A stretch of 64,000 nt of DNA from Bifidobacteriaceae bacterium (GCA_031267825.1 JAIRYJ010000033.1:32519-96518), one strand, 5' to 3'; counted from the first letter of the stretch, positions 26,448 to 36,148 are shown. Notes: generated by a model not told the origin, from the sequence alone. Numbers and translations: made by a program.

Positions 26448-28697
26448 CTACTTGGAGGCCGGTTCGAGGCCGGATTCATCCGGGATCCGGTCCGCTGAGA
26501 TGCGGCGGCGGAAGACCCAAATTGACCAAGCCTGATAGGCCAGCACAATCGGCACCAAGCAGGCGGCCACAATGGTCATCAGCTTGAGTGTCAACGGGCT
26601 GGAGGCCGCGGCGAAGATCGGCTGACCGGTGATGACATCACCGCTTTCGAACTCAACCAGATCGGTGTGCTCTTGCAGCAAACCAAGCGATACCAGAGCG
26701 TTGAGAGCCTTGTTGGCGTTGACAACCCTGTCATTCAGGTTGGCCAAACCGGCCTCATTGTTCCAGTCGACACCCGAGATTTCGGGGTCGTTGCTGGTGA
26801 CAACCGCTGTGATATCTAGACCATCATGGAAGGTCTGGGTTGCCGGGTTATCGGCCACACTCTGGAGCGTGGCGACAACGTAACCGTCCGGCGTGGGCGA
26901 GACAACCTGGCCCACACTCTTGGCGATTTCTGGCACCAGTGCTTCAACCGTGTTCGCGATTTGCGGTACACAGGCTTCAATGGTGATCGCGACTTGCGCT
27001 GCCACATCGGCTGCGGGCAGGCCACCAATGGTGGCGCTACCGGCTTGGATGTCAGCCACAATCTGGCCGACTAGAGCATCAGTCGGTTCGATCCCCAAAC
27101 GCAGCAGCGTGATCTTAACCGTGGTCACAACGTTGTCCTGGGAGATGACCTGAGCCGCCGGGAAGGTCCCGGAAGCCACGTCAGCCAGTACAGCGTTGGT
27201 TATGGCTGTCGCCAGTGGGCTGGCTTCTAGGCCAACACCAATCTGGGACAAGTCAGCGACATGCGCACCAACCCGGGCGAAGGTGATGTCAACAACGTCC
27301 TTGACGTTGTCAACTGGGATAACGCCGCGAGCCGGGAATACTCCGTCCCTGACGTCTTCCAGAACACCAACTGTCACCTTGGTTGCCAGGTCGCCGGCTG
27401 TTACGCCAACACCCACATCAGCCAAATTGACGCCACTGGCCTTGACCCGGTCAAAGGTCGCGACCACAGTCGACTCAACATCACCTTGCGGGATCAGATC
27501 AATTGCCGGATAGGACACAACCGCGACGTCTTCCAGGATGCCGGTGGTCAGTTCAACGGCCTTGTCGCTCGGTGCGTCTGGCACCGTGGGCAGGCCTTCA
27601 TTCCTGACCTTGTCGAAGGTTCCGGCTACAACGTCATCAAGTGTGACGCCGTCAAGAACCACCGCGCCGACAATCGGATCAGCTATCGCGTCACCATGAA
27701 TGGTGACCCGTGAACCGTTGATGACGTTGGGGAACAAACCAGCGAAGATCGTCACAACCGCCGCTAGCAGTGCGACTGTCATCGCACCGAAGGCCAGGCC
27801 GAACTTCTTGGCCAGTGTGGTCAGTACTACAACCACTAGGGCCAGGGCCGCCAAGCCAATGGCGATCCAGACTATGACTGTCGGATGGTTGCCGCCGACA
27901 TACTTCAGGCCAAGCCAAACAACCCAAACCGCGGCGATGACCGTAGCCACAATCGACAGTTTGGGTGCCAGCGCCTCAGACCGCTGCCGTACTACGCCAT
28001 CGGTCTTGAGTGACAGGAAGATTGACCCGTGCGCCAAGAAGAGCGCTGCTGTGGTCAAGCCGCCCAGCAGCAAGAAGCCGGCATGGCCGAATACGAGGTC
28101 CCAGAAGGTGCCGTCGTAGAGGATCTTTGTTGGGCCCAGCTGAGCTGGGTCGACCGCTGCTTTGACACCAGACACCAAGTTGGCGAAGGCTACGCCCCAC
28201 AGGACAGCGGGGATCCAGGAACCGAGGATGATGCACCAGTCCCAAACCTTGCGCCAAGTGTCGGAGTTGATCTTGCCGCGATATTCGAAAGCCACCGCCC
28301 TGATAATCAAACCAACCAGAATCAGGAACAACGGCAGATAAGCGGCCGAGAACAGCGTGGCGTACCATTCCGGGAAAGCGGCGAAGGTGGCGCCACCAGC
28401 GGTCAGCACCCAAACTTCATTGCCGTCCCAGAGCGGGCCGATGGTCGAAAGCATGGCCCGGCGTTCTTTGTCCTTCTTACCGATGAACGGCAGAAGCATG
28501 CCGACGCCGAAGTCGAAGCCTTCCAGTACCAGGTAGCCGGTCCACAGGACCGCGATCAAAATGAACCACAAGAGCTGCAGCGCGGTTGGCGTTTCAGCCA
28601 GACGGTGCAGCAAACCTACTAGACCCTGAGCAGTGCTCTCAGTTACCTGAGGATCGACTGGGGCCGCGGAAACGAACGCGAGAACGTTACTCAACAT
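26448..28697 (-). CDS. cydB: Cytochrome bd ubiquinol/menaquinol oxidase subunit II with a large extracytoplasmic insertion
   Basis: 749 aa. CydB signatures are WFILIAVLWTGYLVLEGFDFGVGML, GPLWDGNEVW and the C-terminal AAASSPLTLKLMTIVAACLVPIVLAYQAWSIWVFRRR. AAGGAG lies 7 nt before the ATG at 28697, and the gene starts 19 nt after the cydA stop. Confidence 0.9.
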   Translation of the reverse strand: MLSNVLAFVSAAPVDPQVTESTAQGLVGLLHRLAETPTALQLLWFILIAVLWTGYLVLEGFDFGVGMLLPFIGKKDKERRAMLSTIGPLWDGNEVWVLTAGGATFAAFPEWYATLFSAAYLPLFLILVGLIIRAVAFEYRGKINSDTWRKVWDWCIILGSWIPAVLWGVAFANLVSGVKAAVDPAQLGPTKILYDGTFWDLVFGHAGFLLLGGLTTAALFLAHGSIFLSLKTDGVVRQRSEALAPKLSIVATVIAAVWVVWLGLKYVGGNHPTVIVWIAIGLAALALVVVVLTTLAKKFGLAFGAMTVALLAAVVTIFAGLFPNVINGSRVTIHGDAIADPIVGAVVLDGVTLDDVVAGTFDKVRNEGLPTVPDAPSDKAVELTTGILEDVAVVSYPAIDLIPQGDVESTVVATFDRVKASGVNLADVGVGVTAGDLATKVTVGVLEDVRDGVFPARGVIPVDNVKDVVDITFARVGAHVADLSQIGVGLEASPLATAITNAVLADVASGTFPAAQVISQDNVVTTVKITLLRLGIEPTDALVGQIVADIQAGSATIGGLPAADVAAQVAITIEACVPQIANTVEALVPEIAKSVGQVVSPTPDGYVVATLQSVADNPATQTFHDGLDITAVVTSNDPEISGVDWNNEAGLANLNDRVVNANKALNALVSLGLLQEHTDLVEFESGDVITGQPIFAAASSPLTLKLMTIVAACLVPIVLAYQAWSIWVFRRRISADRIPDESGLEPASK

Positions 28698-28716
28698 GAT
28701 TGTTTCTCCTTAGCCC

Positions 28717-30264
28717 TCAGTATGAGAAGGTCAGCGGCTTGGAATCATCCAAGTCAGCCTTGACCTCAGGGATCGATTCTTCATTGTTCAGCCCCTTGGC
28801 GACATACCGCTTCATGAGGTAGAACCAGGCGACCGCTAGTACCAGATAGATCAGCGTGAAGCAGATCACGGTCAGCCAGATAGCACCGGCGCCAACTACT
28901 GGTGAAACAGCGTTAGCCGTGCTTAGTGACAGGGCGGAAGATTCCTCCGTCAGCGGAGTCAACAAGTGGTCACCGTTAAGTGAGACAACCGGATAGACAA
29001 TGAACGGCTGGCGGCCGATTTCTGTGAAAATCCAGCCGAAAGCCGCGGCCAGGAACGGCATTGGCAACGACAGGATTGACCAGAACTTGAGGAAACCACT
29101 GCCGGATGTCCGTCCGCCGCGCAGAGCGATCAACGCGACCACCGCCAAGACGGCTGAGAACAAGCCGAAGGCGATCATCAGACGGAAGGTCCAGAAGGTG
29201 GCCTGCTGCGCTGGAATGAAGTCCAGCGTCTCGGCTTGTTCAGCCGTCAGGTTTTCTGGATCCCAGTAAGCCGCTTCTAAGGTCGTTTCAGCTTCCTCCA
29301 TGCCGACCACCTGGGCGCCGCCGTCACCGTAGGCTAGCCAGGACAGCAGCTTGGGGATCTCAATGATGCGGGTGGTTTCATCAACTACCTCACCATTGAC
29401 GACGGAGCATTGGCCGAAGGCGGCCACTGTAAATCCGGCCCCTTCACCTGGTTCAGGCGTCACGCAGAGTAATTCGGCTGCCGCCATCTTGGTTGGCTGG
29501 ATCTCGGTGATGACCTGGGCTTGGTGGTGCCCGGAGAAGATCAGTGAGATACCGGCGATGAGTACTGCCCAAGCACCAACAGCCCCACCGAGGCGGTAAA
29601 CCTTGGCTGAGGCCTCGTTGTCCGCCCGGCGGGCCTTGACCATCCACCAGATCGCGATGCCGGCCATGAAGGTGCCAGCCACCACGAATGAGGTTGAGAT
29701 GGTGTGCCAGAAGGTTGACAACGAGAGCTTGGAGAACAGCACCTCTGCCAGGTTGTCCATCTGGGCGCGCTGCAGCTCGCTGTCGAAGGAGGAACCCTTG
29801 GGGTATTGCATAAAGGAGTTAGCGGCCAGAATGAAGAAGGCCGACAGGTTAACCGCGAATGCCACCAGCCAGATCGTCAGCAGGTGTACGCCACGTGAGA
29901 GGCGCCCCCAGCCAAAGATCCAAATGCCCAGGAAAGTGGACTCAATGAAGAACGCGGCCAGCGCCTCCATCGCCAGGGGAGCGCCAAAGATGTCGCCCAC
30001 CATGCGTGAGTATTCAGACCAGTTCAAGCCGAACTGGAATTCCTGGACAATGCCGGTAACGATGCCCAGCGCGAAGTTGATCAGCAATAACTTGCCGAAA
30101 AATCGCGTGAGCCGGTACCACTCCTCTTTGCCCGTCTTGAACCAGAAGGTCTGAAGTAGCGCTACGAGCGGTGTCAGACCAATGGTCAAGGGTACAAAGA
30201 TGAAGTGGTACACAGTGGTAATGCCGAACTGCCATCTGGCTAGGTCGAGTGCTTCCACGTGCAC
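28717..30264 (-). CDS. cydA: Cytochrome bd oxidase subunit I
   Basis: 515 aa. LARWQFGITTVYHFIFVPLTIG, GWIFTEIGRQPF and a Q-loop region. Confidence 0.95.
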   Translation of the reverse strand: MHVEALDLARWQFGITTVYHFIFVPLTIGLTPLVALLQTFWFKTGKEEWYRLTRFFGKLLLINFALGIVTGIVQEFQFGLNWSEYSRMVGDIFGAPLAMEALAAFFIESTFLGIWIFGWGRLSRGVHLLTIWLVAFAVNLSAFFILAANSFMQYPKGSSFDSELQRAQMDNLAEVLFSKLSLSTFWHTISTSFVVAGTFMAGIAIWWMVKARRADNEASAKVYRLGGAVGAWAVLIAGISLIFSGHHQAQVITEIQPTKMAAAELLCVTPEPGEGAGFTVAAFGQCSVVNGEVVDETTRIIEIPKLLSWLAYGDGGAQVVGMEEAETTLEAAYWDPENLTAEQAETLDFIPAQQATFWTFRLMIAFGLFSAVLAVVALIALRGGRTSGSGFLKFWSILSLPMPFLAAAFGWIFTEIGRQPFIVYPVVSLNGDHLLTPLTEESSALSLSTANAVSPVVGAGAIWLTVICFTLIYLVLAVAWFYLMKRYVAKGLNNEESIPEVKADLDDSKPLTFSY

Positions 30265-30906
30265 CTCCGCTTTGAGGATGGATCGGAATGGGACAATTTT
30301 CAGTTGTAACTATGGCAGGGAGGGACCAACCCCAGCCCTCCCATCAAAGTAGGACCACGACCGCCGCGAGACTAGGACTTACGTCCCGTCTTCTTCACAG
30401 TTTCTACCGATTTGTTCACGGTTTTTGTGCCAAATGGGGCGTTTTGCGTAGAACCACCCACCAATTGGGCCGGTTCGCTCCTGACCTTCCGGCGAAAACC
30501 CGGCAACACCCAGCAACACCCAGTGAGACTCCAGCGACGCCCAGCCACACCCGGCAGCGCGTCGGCCAGGGCTGAAACATATCGCTGTGCCATACTGGAT
30601 CCAGTCTTGCGGCACACCATGCCAGCCGCTTGACCGAAGGACATCTTCGCGGCCCTGATCGCGGTCGGCTTGACCGTTTGGGCTCGCGGTGCTCGCATCG
30701 CGGCCACTTGGGGGCTATGCCTGGTGGCGGGTGGGTCTGATTAGGCCCCTTCGCACCGCGCCGGGTCGGCGTTCGGTTATTTCCGACGCGTAGGGCTCCG
30801 TAAGCCGCCGTGGGATGTCCGGATTGACAGGCTTCGCGGCACCAGCGCCTATTACCGGACGCGGCGCCGTGTGAAATGACTAAGGCAAGGCGCCGGGGGC
30901 CGTGGC

Positions 30907-33900
30907 GTGGGGTACCCAACGCGCCGTGGAGCATTCGTGACTGAAGATCAAACGCAATTCCAGATTGAACTGCCCGCACCCGTTAGGCGCGCCCCGCGCA
31001 GGGCTGCCAAATCCCAAACCAAACCCAGCTTGGCTGATCTTGACTCGCTGTTGGACCTGCCGGGCGGCTCCCAGGACACCCCTGACGCCGCGGCTAGTGC
31101 GGCTCAGCGGCCAAGGACACGCCGGGCCAGCAGGGCTACCCAAACCAGTCCGGGCACCAGCACCAGCCAGGAGGCGGCGGCTGCGGGCGTTGGCCAGGCC
31201 AGCCCACCAGAGGCGGGCCCAGATACGGCCACAGGCGCCAGCGGCTCCGGTCGCGGCCGGGCCACCAGGCGTAGCACCAGGTCAGCCGCCAGCCCAGACG
31301 CGGGCGAAGATACGGCCACAGGCGCCAGCGGTTCCGGTCGCGGCCGGGCCTCCAGGCGTAGCACCAGGTCAGCCGCCAGCCCAGACGCGGGTACGATGCC
31401 GTCCCCCGGCTCACAGCCCACCGTCTTGGAGGCAGCACCGACAGCGGGCGCCGTTTCGGAGCAGAGTCAGGCCGCACCTGGTGCGGCTCAGCGGCCAAGG
31501 ACACGCCGGGCCAGCCGGGCTACCCAAGTCGGCCGAACGACTGGCGGCGAACAAAACGCCGAATCGACCGGGATGGGCTCCAGCCAAGCGGCGGCCGCGG
31601 GCGTTGGCCAGGCCAGCACATCAGACGCGGGCCAAGATACGGCCACAGGCGCCAGCGGCTCCGGTCGCGGCCGGGCCACCAGGCGGAGCACCAGACCGGC
31701 CGCCAGACCGGCGAAGGCCGACCAGGGCGAGGCCACCAGAACCGGGCAAGACCAAACAGCCGGGACCGGGCAGGATGCGGCCGCCGGAACCGGCGCCACA
31801 GCGGCACAGGCAGCGGTGGCCGGAGCCAGCCAGGAGGCCGAAATCACCGGTTCGGGATTGGACCAGTCCGGTTTGGGATTGGGCCAGTCCGGGACTGGCC
31901 CGGACGCCGACCCGGCGGTTCGCCCAAGGGGACGTTCACGCCGCGCCACAGCACCAGCCGTCACGCCGCCACCGGCCATCACGCCGCCACCGGCCGACCA
32001 GCCGAACGGGTCCACCACCGCCCCAGCTAACCTTCAGACCGCATCCGAATCGGCTGGCCCAGATCAGACCGACACCGCGTCAGACGCAACATCCGTGGCT
32101 GACCACGAAACCACAACAGGCGCCAGCCCGCCAGGCCGGCGCCTGACAATGACCGCACTGCTGTTCCAAGCCCCAACGGCGGCCCCCGCCTTGGCCCGCG
32201 CCAAGCGGGCCAAGGCGGGCGAACCGCCAGTCGGCGCCGCCACCACACAAACCGCAGCCACATCCGGCGGGCCAAGCGGACCAGGCGGACCAGGCGGACC
32301 AGGGGGACCAGGGGGATCAAGCGGACCAAACGGATCGAGCGGATCAGGCGGGCCAAACGGATCAGGCGCCGCCAGGCAAGGCACGGCCGGAAAACCACCA
32401 GCCGGTCAGGCGCCAGCCAAAGCGGGCCGCCGCGCCACCTCCAAAACTCAAACCACTCAAACCGAACCAGGAGCGACAACCGGGGAGACGGCATCGGACA
32501 AACAACCGACCGGCACCGAACCAGACGATTCGGAAGACGCCAGCTCACGCCGCCGCCGCCGGCGCAACCGGACCGGACGCAAAACCGAAACAACCGGCGA
32601 AGTCTCATCAGAAGGTGTTACCGCCCTGGCCGGTTCAACCCGGCTTGAAGCCAAACGCCAACGGCGCAAAGAAAGCCGCGACGGCGGCAGGCGGCGCACC
32701 CCAATCACCGAAGCCGAATTCCTCGCCCGGCGCGAATCAGTTGACCGCCGCATGGTGGTACGCGAATCTGACGGCCGCACCCAGATCGCCGTCCTAGAAG
32801 ACGGTGTTTTGGTAGAACATCACGTCGCCCGGCGAACCCAACATTCACTGGTCGGCTCAATCTACTTAGGCCGGGTACAAAACGTTCTGCCCTCAATGGA
32901 GGCGGCCTTCGTTGACATTGGGCGTGGACGTAACGCTGTGCTCTACGCCGGTGAAGTCAACTGGGACGCGGCCGGGCTGGAAGGCCAACCACGGCGGATC
33001 GAACAAGCCTTATCCTCCGGTGACGCGATCATGGTGCAAGTCACCAAAGACCCGATCGGCCATAAAGGTGCCCGCCTGACCTCACAGATCACCCTGGCCG
33101 GACGTTACCTGGTGCTGGTGCCAGGCGGCGGAATGACCGGCATTTCACGCAAACTGCCAGACGCTGAACGCACCAGGCTGAAAAAACTGCTCAAAGAGAT
33201 CGTGCCTGAAGGTGTCAGTGTGATCGTCCGGACAGCGGCCGAAGGCGCCAGCCAAGCTGAACTGGTGGCGGACGTCGCCCGGCTGACCGCTTCTTGGGAG
33301 AAAGCCAAGCTCAAAGCCGCCACCGCCCACGCCCCAGCCCTCCTTAAGGGTGAGCCTGATTTGGCGATCCGGGTGGTGCGGGACATTTTCAACGACGATT
33401 TCAGTTCGCTCACAATCTCAGGTCAGGCCGCCTGGCAAGAAATCACCGCCTACCTTGATGAAGTCGCCCCAGAGTTGCGTGGCCGTGTCACGCAATGGGT
33501 CTCCGACCAGGACATTTTTGCCGCCGACCGGATTGACGAACAGTTAGCCAAAGGCATGGACCGCAAAGTCTGGCTGCCGTCGGGCGGGTCGCTGGTGATC
33601 GACCGGACCGAAGCGATGACTGTGATCGACGTCAACACCGGTAAGTTCACCGGTTCTGGTGGCACGCTTGAAGAAACGGTGACGCGCAACAACTTGGAAG
33701 CGGCCGAAGAGATCGTGCGCCAGTTACGCCTCCGCGACATCGGCGGGATCATTGTTATCGACTTCATTGATATGGTCCTCGAATCGAACCGTGACCTGGT
33801 GTTACGCCGCCTGGTTGAGGCTTTGTCCCGTGACCGGACACGCCATCAGGTAGCTGAGGTGACATCGCTTGGACTGGTTCAAATGACCCGCAAACGGGTT

Positions 33901-34239
33901 GGCCAGGGGCTGGTTGAAGCTTTCTCTGAAACCTGTGAGGTTTGTGGTGGGCGCGGTTTCATAGTTCACAGTCATCCAGTCGAACGCGCCTCGAGTGGTG
34001 CGGCCGCCGGGGGTGGCCCTAGCGTGAGCCCAGGGCCGGAAGGCACCAAGCGCAAGAAGCGGGGCGGCAAGAAACACAAGAAGAAGTCGCCCGATGCCGC
34101 CGGGTCGTCTTCCGAGCCCACCTCAGGCGGGGTAGGCGCCATGCCCGCCGCTGTTGTGTCTGAATCCACCGCTGAGGTCAAGGCCGCTTTGGCTTCAATC
34201 GTGGCGGCGGCTACCGCCGCCCGCGAACAGGCCAACTAA
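30907..34239 (+). CDS. rne: Ribonuclease E/G family endoribonuclease with a ~560-aa disordered Arg/Ala/Thr/Gly-rich N-terminal region
   Basis: 1110 aa. S1 domain plus catalytic core from about residue 590 (LVGSIYLGRVQNVLPSMEAAFVDIG, LVIDRTEAMTVIDVNTG, GGIIVIDFIDM, CxxCxGRG). Basic C-terminal tail. The exact start is uncertain. Confidence 0.9.
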   Translation: MGYPTRRGAFVTEDQTQFQIELPAPVRRAPRRAAKSQTKPSLADLDSLLDLPGGSQDTPDAAASAAQRPRTRRASRATQTSPGTSTSQEAAAAGVGQASPPEAGPDTATGASGSGRGRATRRSTRSAASPDAGEDTATGASGSGRGRASRRSTRSAASPDAGTMPSPGSQPTVLEAAPTAGAVSEQSQAAPGAAQRPRTRRASRATQVGRTTGGEQNAESTGMGSSQAAAAGVGQASTSDAGQDTATGASGSGRGRATRRSTRPAARPAKADQGEATRTGQDQTAGTGQDAAAGTGATAAQAAVAGASQEAEITGSGLDQSGLGLGQSGTGPDADPAVRPRGRSRRATAPAVTPPPAITPPPADQPNGSTTAPANLQTASESAGPDQTDTASDATSVADHETTTGASPPGRRLTMTALLFQAPTAAPALARAKRAKAGEPPVGAATTQTAATSGGPSGPGGPGGPGGPGGSSGPNGSSGSGGPNGSGAARQGTAGKPPAGQAPAKAGRRATSKTQTTQTEPGATTGETASDKQPTGTEPDDSEDASSRRRRRRNRTGRKTETTGEVSSEGVTALAGSTRLEAKRQRRKESRDGGRRRTPITEAEFLARRESVDRRMVVRESDGRTQIAVLEDGVLVEHHVARRTQHSLVGSIYLGRVQNVLPSMEAAFVDIGRGRNAVLYAGEVNWDAAGLEGQPRRIEQALSSGDAIMVQVTKDPIGHKGARLTSQITLAGRYLVLVPGGGMTGISRKLPDAERTRLKKLLKEIVPEGVSVIVRTAAEGASQAELVADVARLTASWEKAKLKAATAHAPALLKGEPDLAIRVVRDIFNDDFSSLTISGQAAWQEITAYLDEVAPELRGRVTQWVSDQDIFAADRIDEQLAKGMDRKVWLPSGGSLVIDRTEAMTVIDVNTGKFTGSGGTLEETVTRNNLEAAEEIVRQLRLRDIGGIIVIDFIDMVLESNRDLVLRRLVEALSRDRTRHQVAEVTSLGLVQMTRKRVGQGLVEAFSETCEVCGGRGFIVHSHPVERASSGAAAGGGPSVSPGPEGTKRKKRGGKKHKKKSPDAAGSSSEPTSGGVGAMPAAVVSESTAEVKAALASIVAAATAAREQAN
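31207..31380 (+). repeat. 87-bp coding tandem repeat x2, with a diverged third copy near 31617-31700
   Basis: Units start at 31207 and 31294, and a further partial unit starts at 31381. They encode P(E/D)AG(P/E)DTATGASGSGRGRA(T/S)RRSTRSAAS. Confidence 0.85.
32267..32366 (+). repeat. 9-bp-period microsatellite-like coding repeat (ggaccaggc variants)
   Basis: Encodes GGPSGPGGPGGPGGPGGSSGPNGSSGSGGPNGSG within the RNase E disordered region. Confidence 0.75.
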
Positions 34240-34247
34240 GGCGGCCG

Positions 34248-34278
34248 GGCGCGGACACCTCGAAGAGATGTCCGCGCC
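34248..34278 (+). terminator. Hairpin immediately after the rne stop
   Basis: GGCGCGGACA-cctcgaagaga-TGTCCGCGCC, a 10-bp stem. No U-tract, which is common for actinobacterial terminators. Confidence 0.45.
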
Positions 34279-34459
34279 TCCGAGGGATATCCGAGGCTTA
34301 CACAAATGACAGCAGGTAGTGACGCGAGATATCCGCTGCCAGCCAAGACAGTAACTGGCCCGGTAAACCTGCGGCCGCCTCGGGTTAGACGTCGCCTGAT
34401 GGCCGGGCCGGTTTACTCTCCGTTTACCTGGGCCCGCCCTGAGGTAGTATCTTCCAGCC

Positions 34460-36148
34460 ATGAAGCCGCTCGACCCACGCCTGATCCGGCACGCCCGGGC
34501 GGCCCGCGCCTATATCATCCTGACCGCCGCACTTGGCCTGATCACATCAATCGCCGTTGTTGCTCAAGCCATGTTGGTGGCCCGCCTGGTCGGCACAATA
34601 GCGGCCGACGGCGACCTCACCCGACCAGCCTTGTTGTCCGGTTTGGGATGGATCACGCTGGCTATCGGACTGCGGGCCGCCGCCGCCTGGACCCAGGAAC
34701 GATTCGCTCACCGGGCCGCCACCAACACCATCGCCGAACTGCGCGGCGCGGTAGTTCGCCATGTGGTGGCACTTGGCCCGCGCTACGCCGCCAACCAGGG
34801 CGCCGCTGGCGCCGCCCAACTAGTGACCCGCGGCCTGGACGCCCTTGACCCTTACTTCGCGCGCTACCTGCCACAGTTGCTGATGGTTGCCACGGTTACG
34901 CCAATCCTGCTGGTCGTGGCTGGTTTTGTGGACTGGTTGTCAGCTTTGATCATGTTTTTGACCATCCCGCTGATACCGGTCTTCATGATGCTGATCGGAC
35001 GGGTCACCCAAGCCTATTCAGACCGCCGTTTACGCACCATGACACAGCTCGGTTCCCAAGTGATGGACCTCATCACTGGCCTGCCAACACTTAAAGCGCT
35101 CGGCCGCGAGAAAGGACCAGCCGCCCGCGTCCGGGAACTATCGCAAGCTCATCAACGGGCCACCTTCGGCACTGTCAAGGTCGCTTTCTTGTCAGGCGCG
35201 GCCCTTGAACTGATCGCCACCTTATCGGTCGCCTTGGTCGCGGTGTCAGTTGGTTTACGCCTCCAGGCCGGCAACATGGACCTGGTCAGCGGGTTAGCGA
35301 TCATTATGATCGCGCCAGAAATCTACCTGCCGCTACGTAACGTGGGAGCCCATTTCCACGCCTCAGCTAACGGCGTGGCCGCCTCCAGCTTGGCCTTCGA
35401 CATCCTGGCGATTGAACCGCCAGCCGATGGTTCCGTCCCGGCGCCAGACCTGAGCCAAGCCAGCATCGAGTTCCATGATGTTTCAGTGCGGGCCGCCGGG
35501 CGGGCCTACGACGCCCCGGCTGGTCTCAGCTTCAGCTTGCCGCCCGGCTCATTGACAGCCCTGACCGGCCCAAACGGCGCCGGCAAGTCAACCGCTGTGG
35601 CTGTTCTGCTGGGGTTGACCAGACCAGATCAAGGCCAAGTCCTGATCCGGCCCGCCACCGGCCAGCCAGTTGACCTGGCTGACATAGACCCGGCCAGCTG
35701 GTGGCGGCAGATCTCTTGGGCGCCGCAACGCCCAGTCTTACTGCCCGGCACAGTTCTACAAAACCTGCTCGAGGTTTACGACAAACCGGCCATTTTGACC
35801 CCTCAAGCCGAGGCCGCCGCCAAGGCGGCCGGCTTTGACCAAGTGGTCAGTTCGCTGCCGCAAGGCTGGTCCAGTCTGATTGGCCAAGGTGGCACTGGCT
35901 TATCAGTTGGCCAGCGCCAGCGCCTGGCGCTGGCCCGAGCCTTCTTACGTGACACCCCGTTGGTCATCTTGGATGAGCCGACGGCTCATCTTGATGTTGT
36001 CACTGAACAGGCTGTCCTAAATTCGATAACCCACCTGCCCGCTACTGGCAAGACAGTTCTGCTGGTGGCTCACCGCCCAGCTCTGCTGAAAGGTGCCCAC
36101 AACGCGGTCGCGGTGACCTCATCAGCCGCTACGGAGATGCCAGCATGA
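34460..36148 (+). CDS. cydD: Thiol reductant ABC exporter subunit CydD
   Basis: 562 aa. Begins MKPLDPRL, then a 6-TM domain and an ABC ATPase (GPNGAGKST, LSVGQRQRLALARA, ILDEPTAHLD). Overlaps cydC by 4 nt. Confidence 0.85.
   Translation: MKPLDPRLIRHARAARAYIILTAALGLITSIAVVAQAMLVARLVGTIAADGDLTRPALLSGLGWITLAIGLRAAAAWTQERFAHRAATNTIAELRGAVVRHVVALGPRYAANQGAAGAAQLVTRGLDALDPYFARYLPQLLMVATVTPILLVVAGFVDWLSALIMFLTIPLIPVFMMLIGRVTQAYSDRRLRTMTQLGSQVMDLITGLPTLKALGREKGPAARVRELSQAHQRATFGTVKVAFLSGAALELIATLSVALVAVSVGLRLQAGNMDLVSGLAIIMIAPEIYLPLRNVGAHFHASANGVAASSLAFDILAIEPPADGSVPAPDLSQASIEFHDVSVRAAGRAYDAPAGLSFSLPPGSLTALTGPNGAGKSTAVAVLLGLTRPDQGQVLIRPATGQPVDLADIDPASWWRQISWAPQRPVLLPGTVLQNLLEVYDKPAILTPQAEAAAKAAGFDQVVSSLPQGWSSLIGQGGTGLSVGQRQRLALARAFLRDTPLVILDEPTAHLDVVTEQAVLNSITHLPATGKTVLLVAHRPALLKGAHNAVAVTSSAATEMPA

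Noticed and set aside
30265-30906. ORFs in the cydA-rne intergenic region (30288-30575+, 30372-30707-, 30416-30979-, etc.), and possible Rex/CRP-type sites near 30395-30425
   Set aside because: The ORFs overlap one another and have no RBS or recognisable product. The region is more plausibly the divergent cydA promoter plus a long rne 5' UTR. GTGAA half-sites are present, but I could not assemble a convincing TTGTGAA-N4-TTCACAA or TGTGA-N6-TCACA palindrome.
31104-32608. Multiple antisense and alternate-frame ORFs inside the RNase E repeat region, including 30965-32146(+), 393 aa
   Set aside because: They are generated by the GC-rich repeats. Only the 30907-34239 frame continues into the conserved S1/catalytic core.
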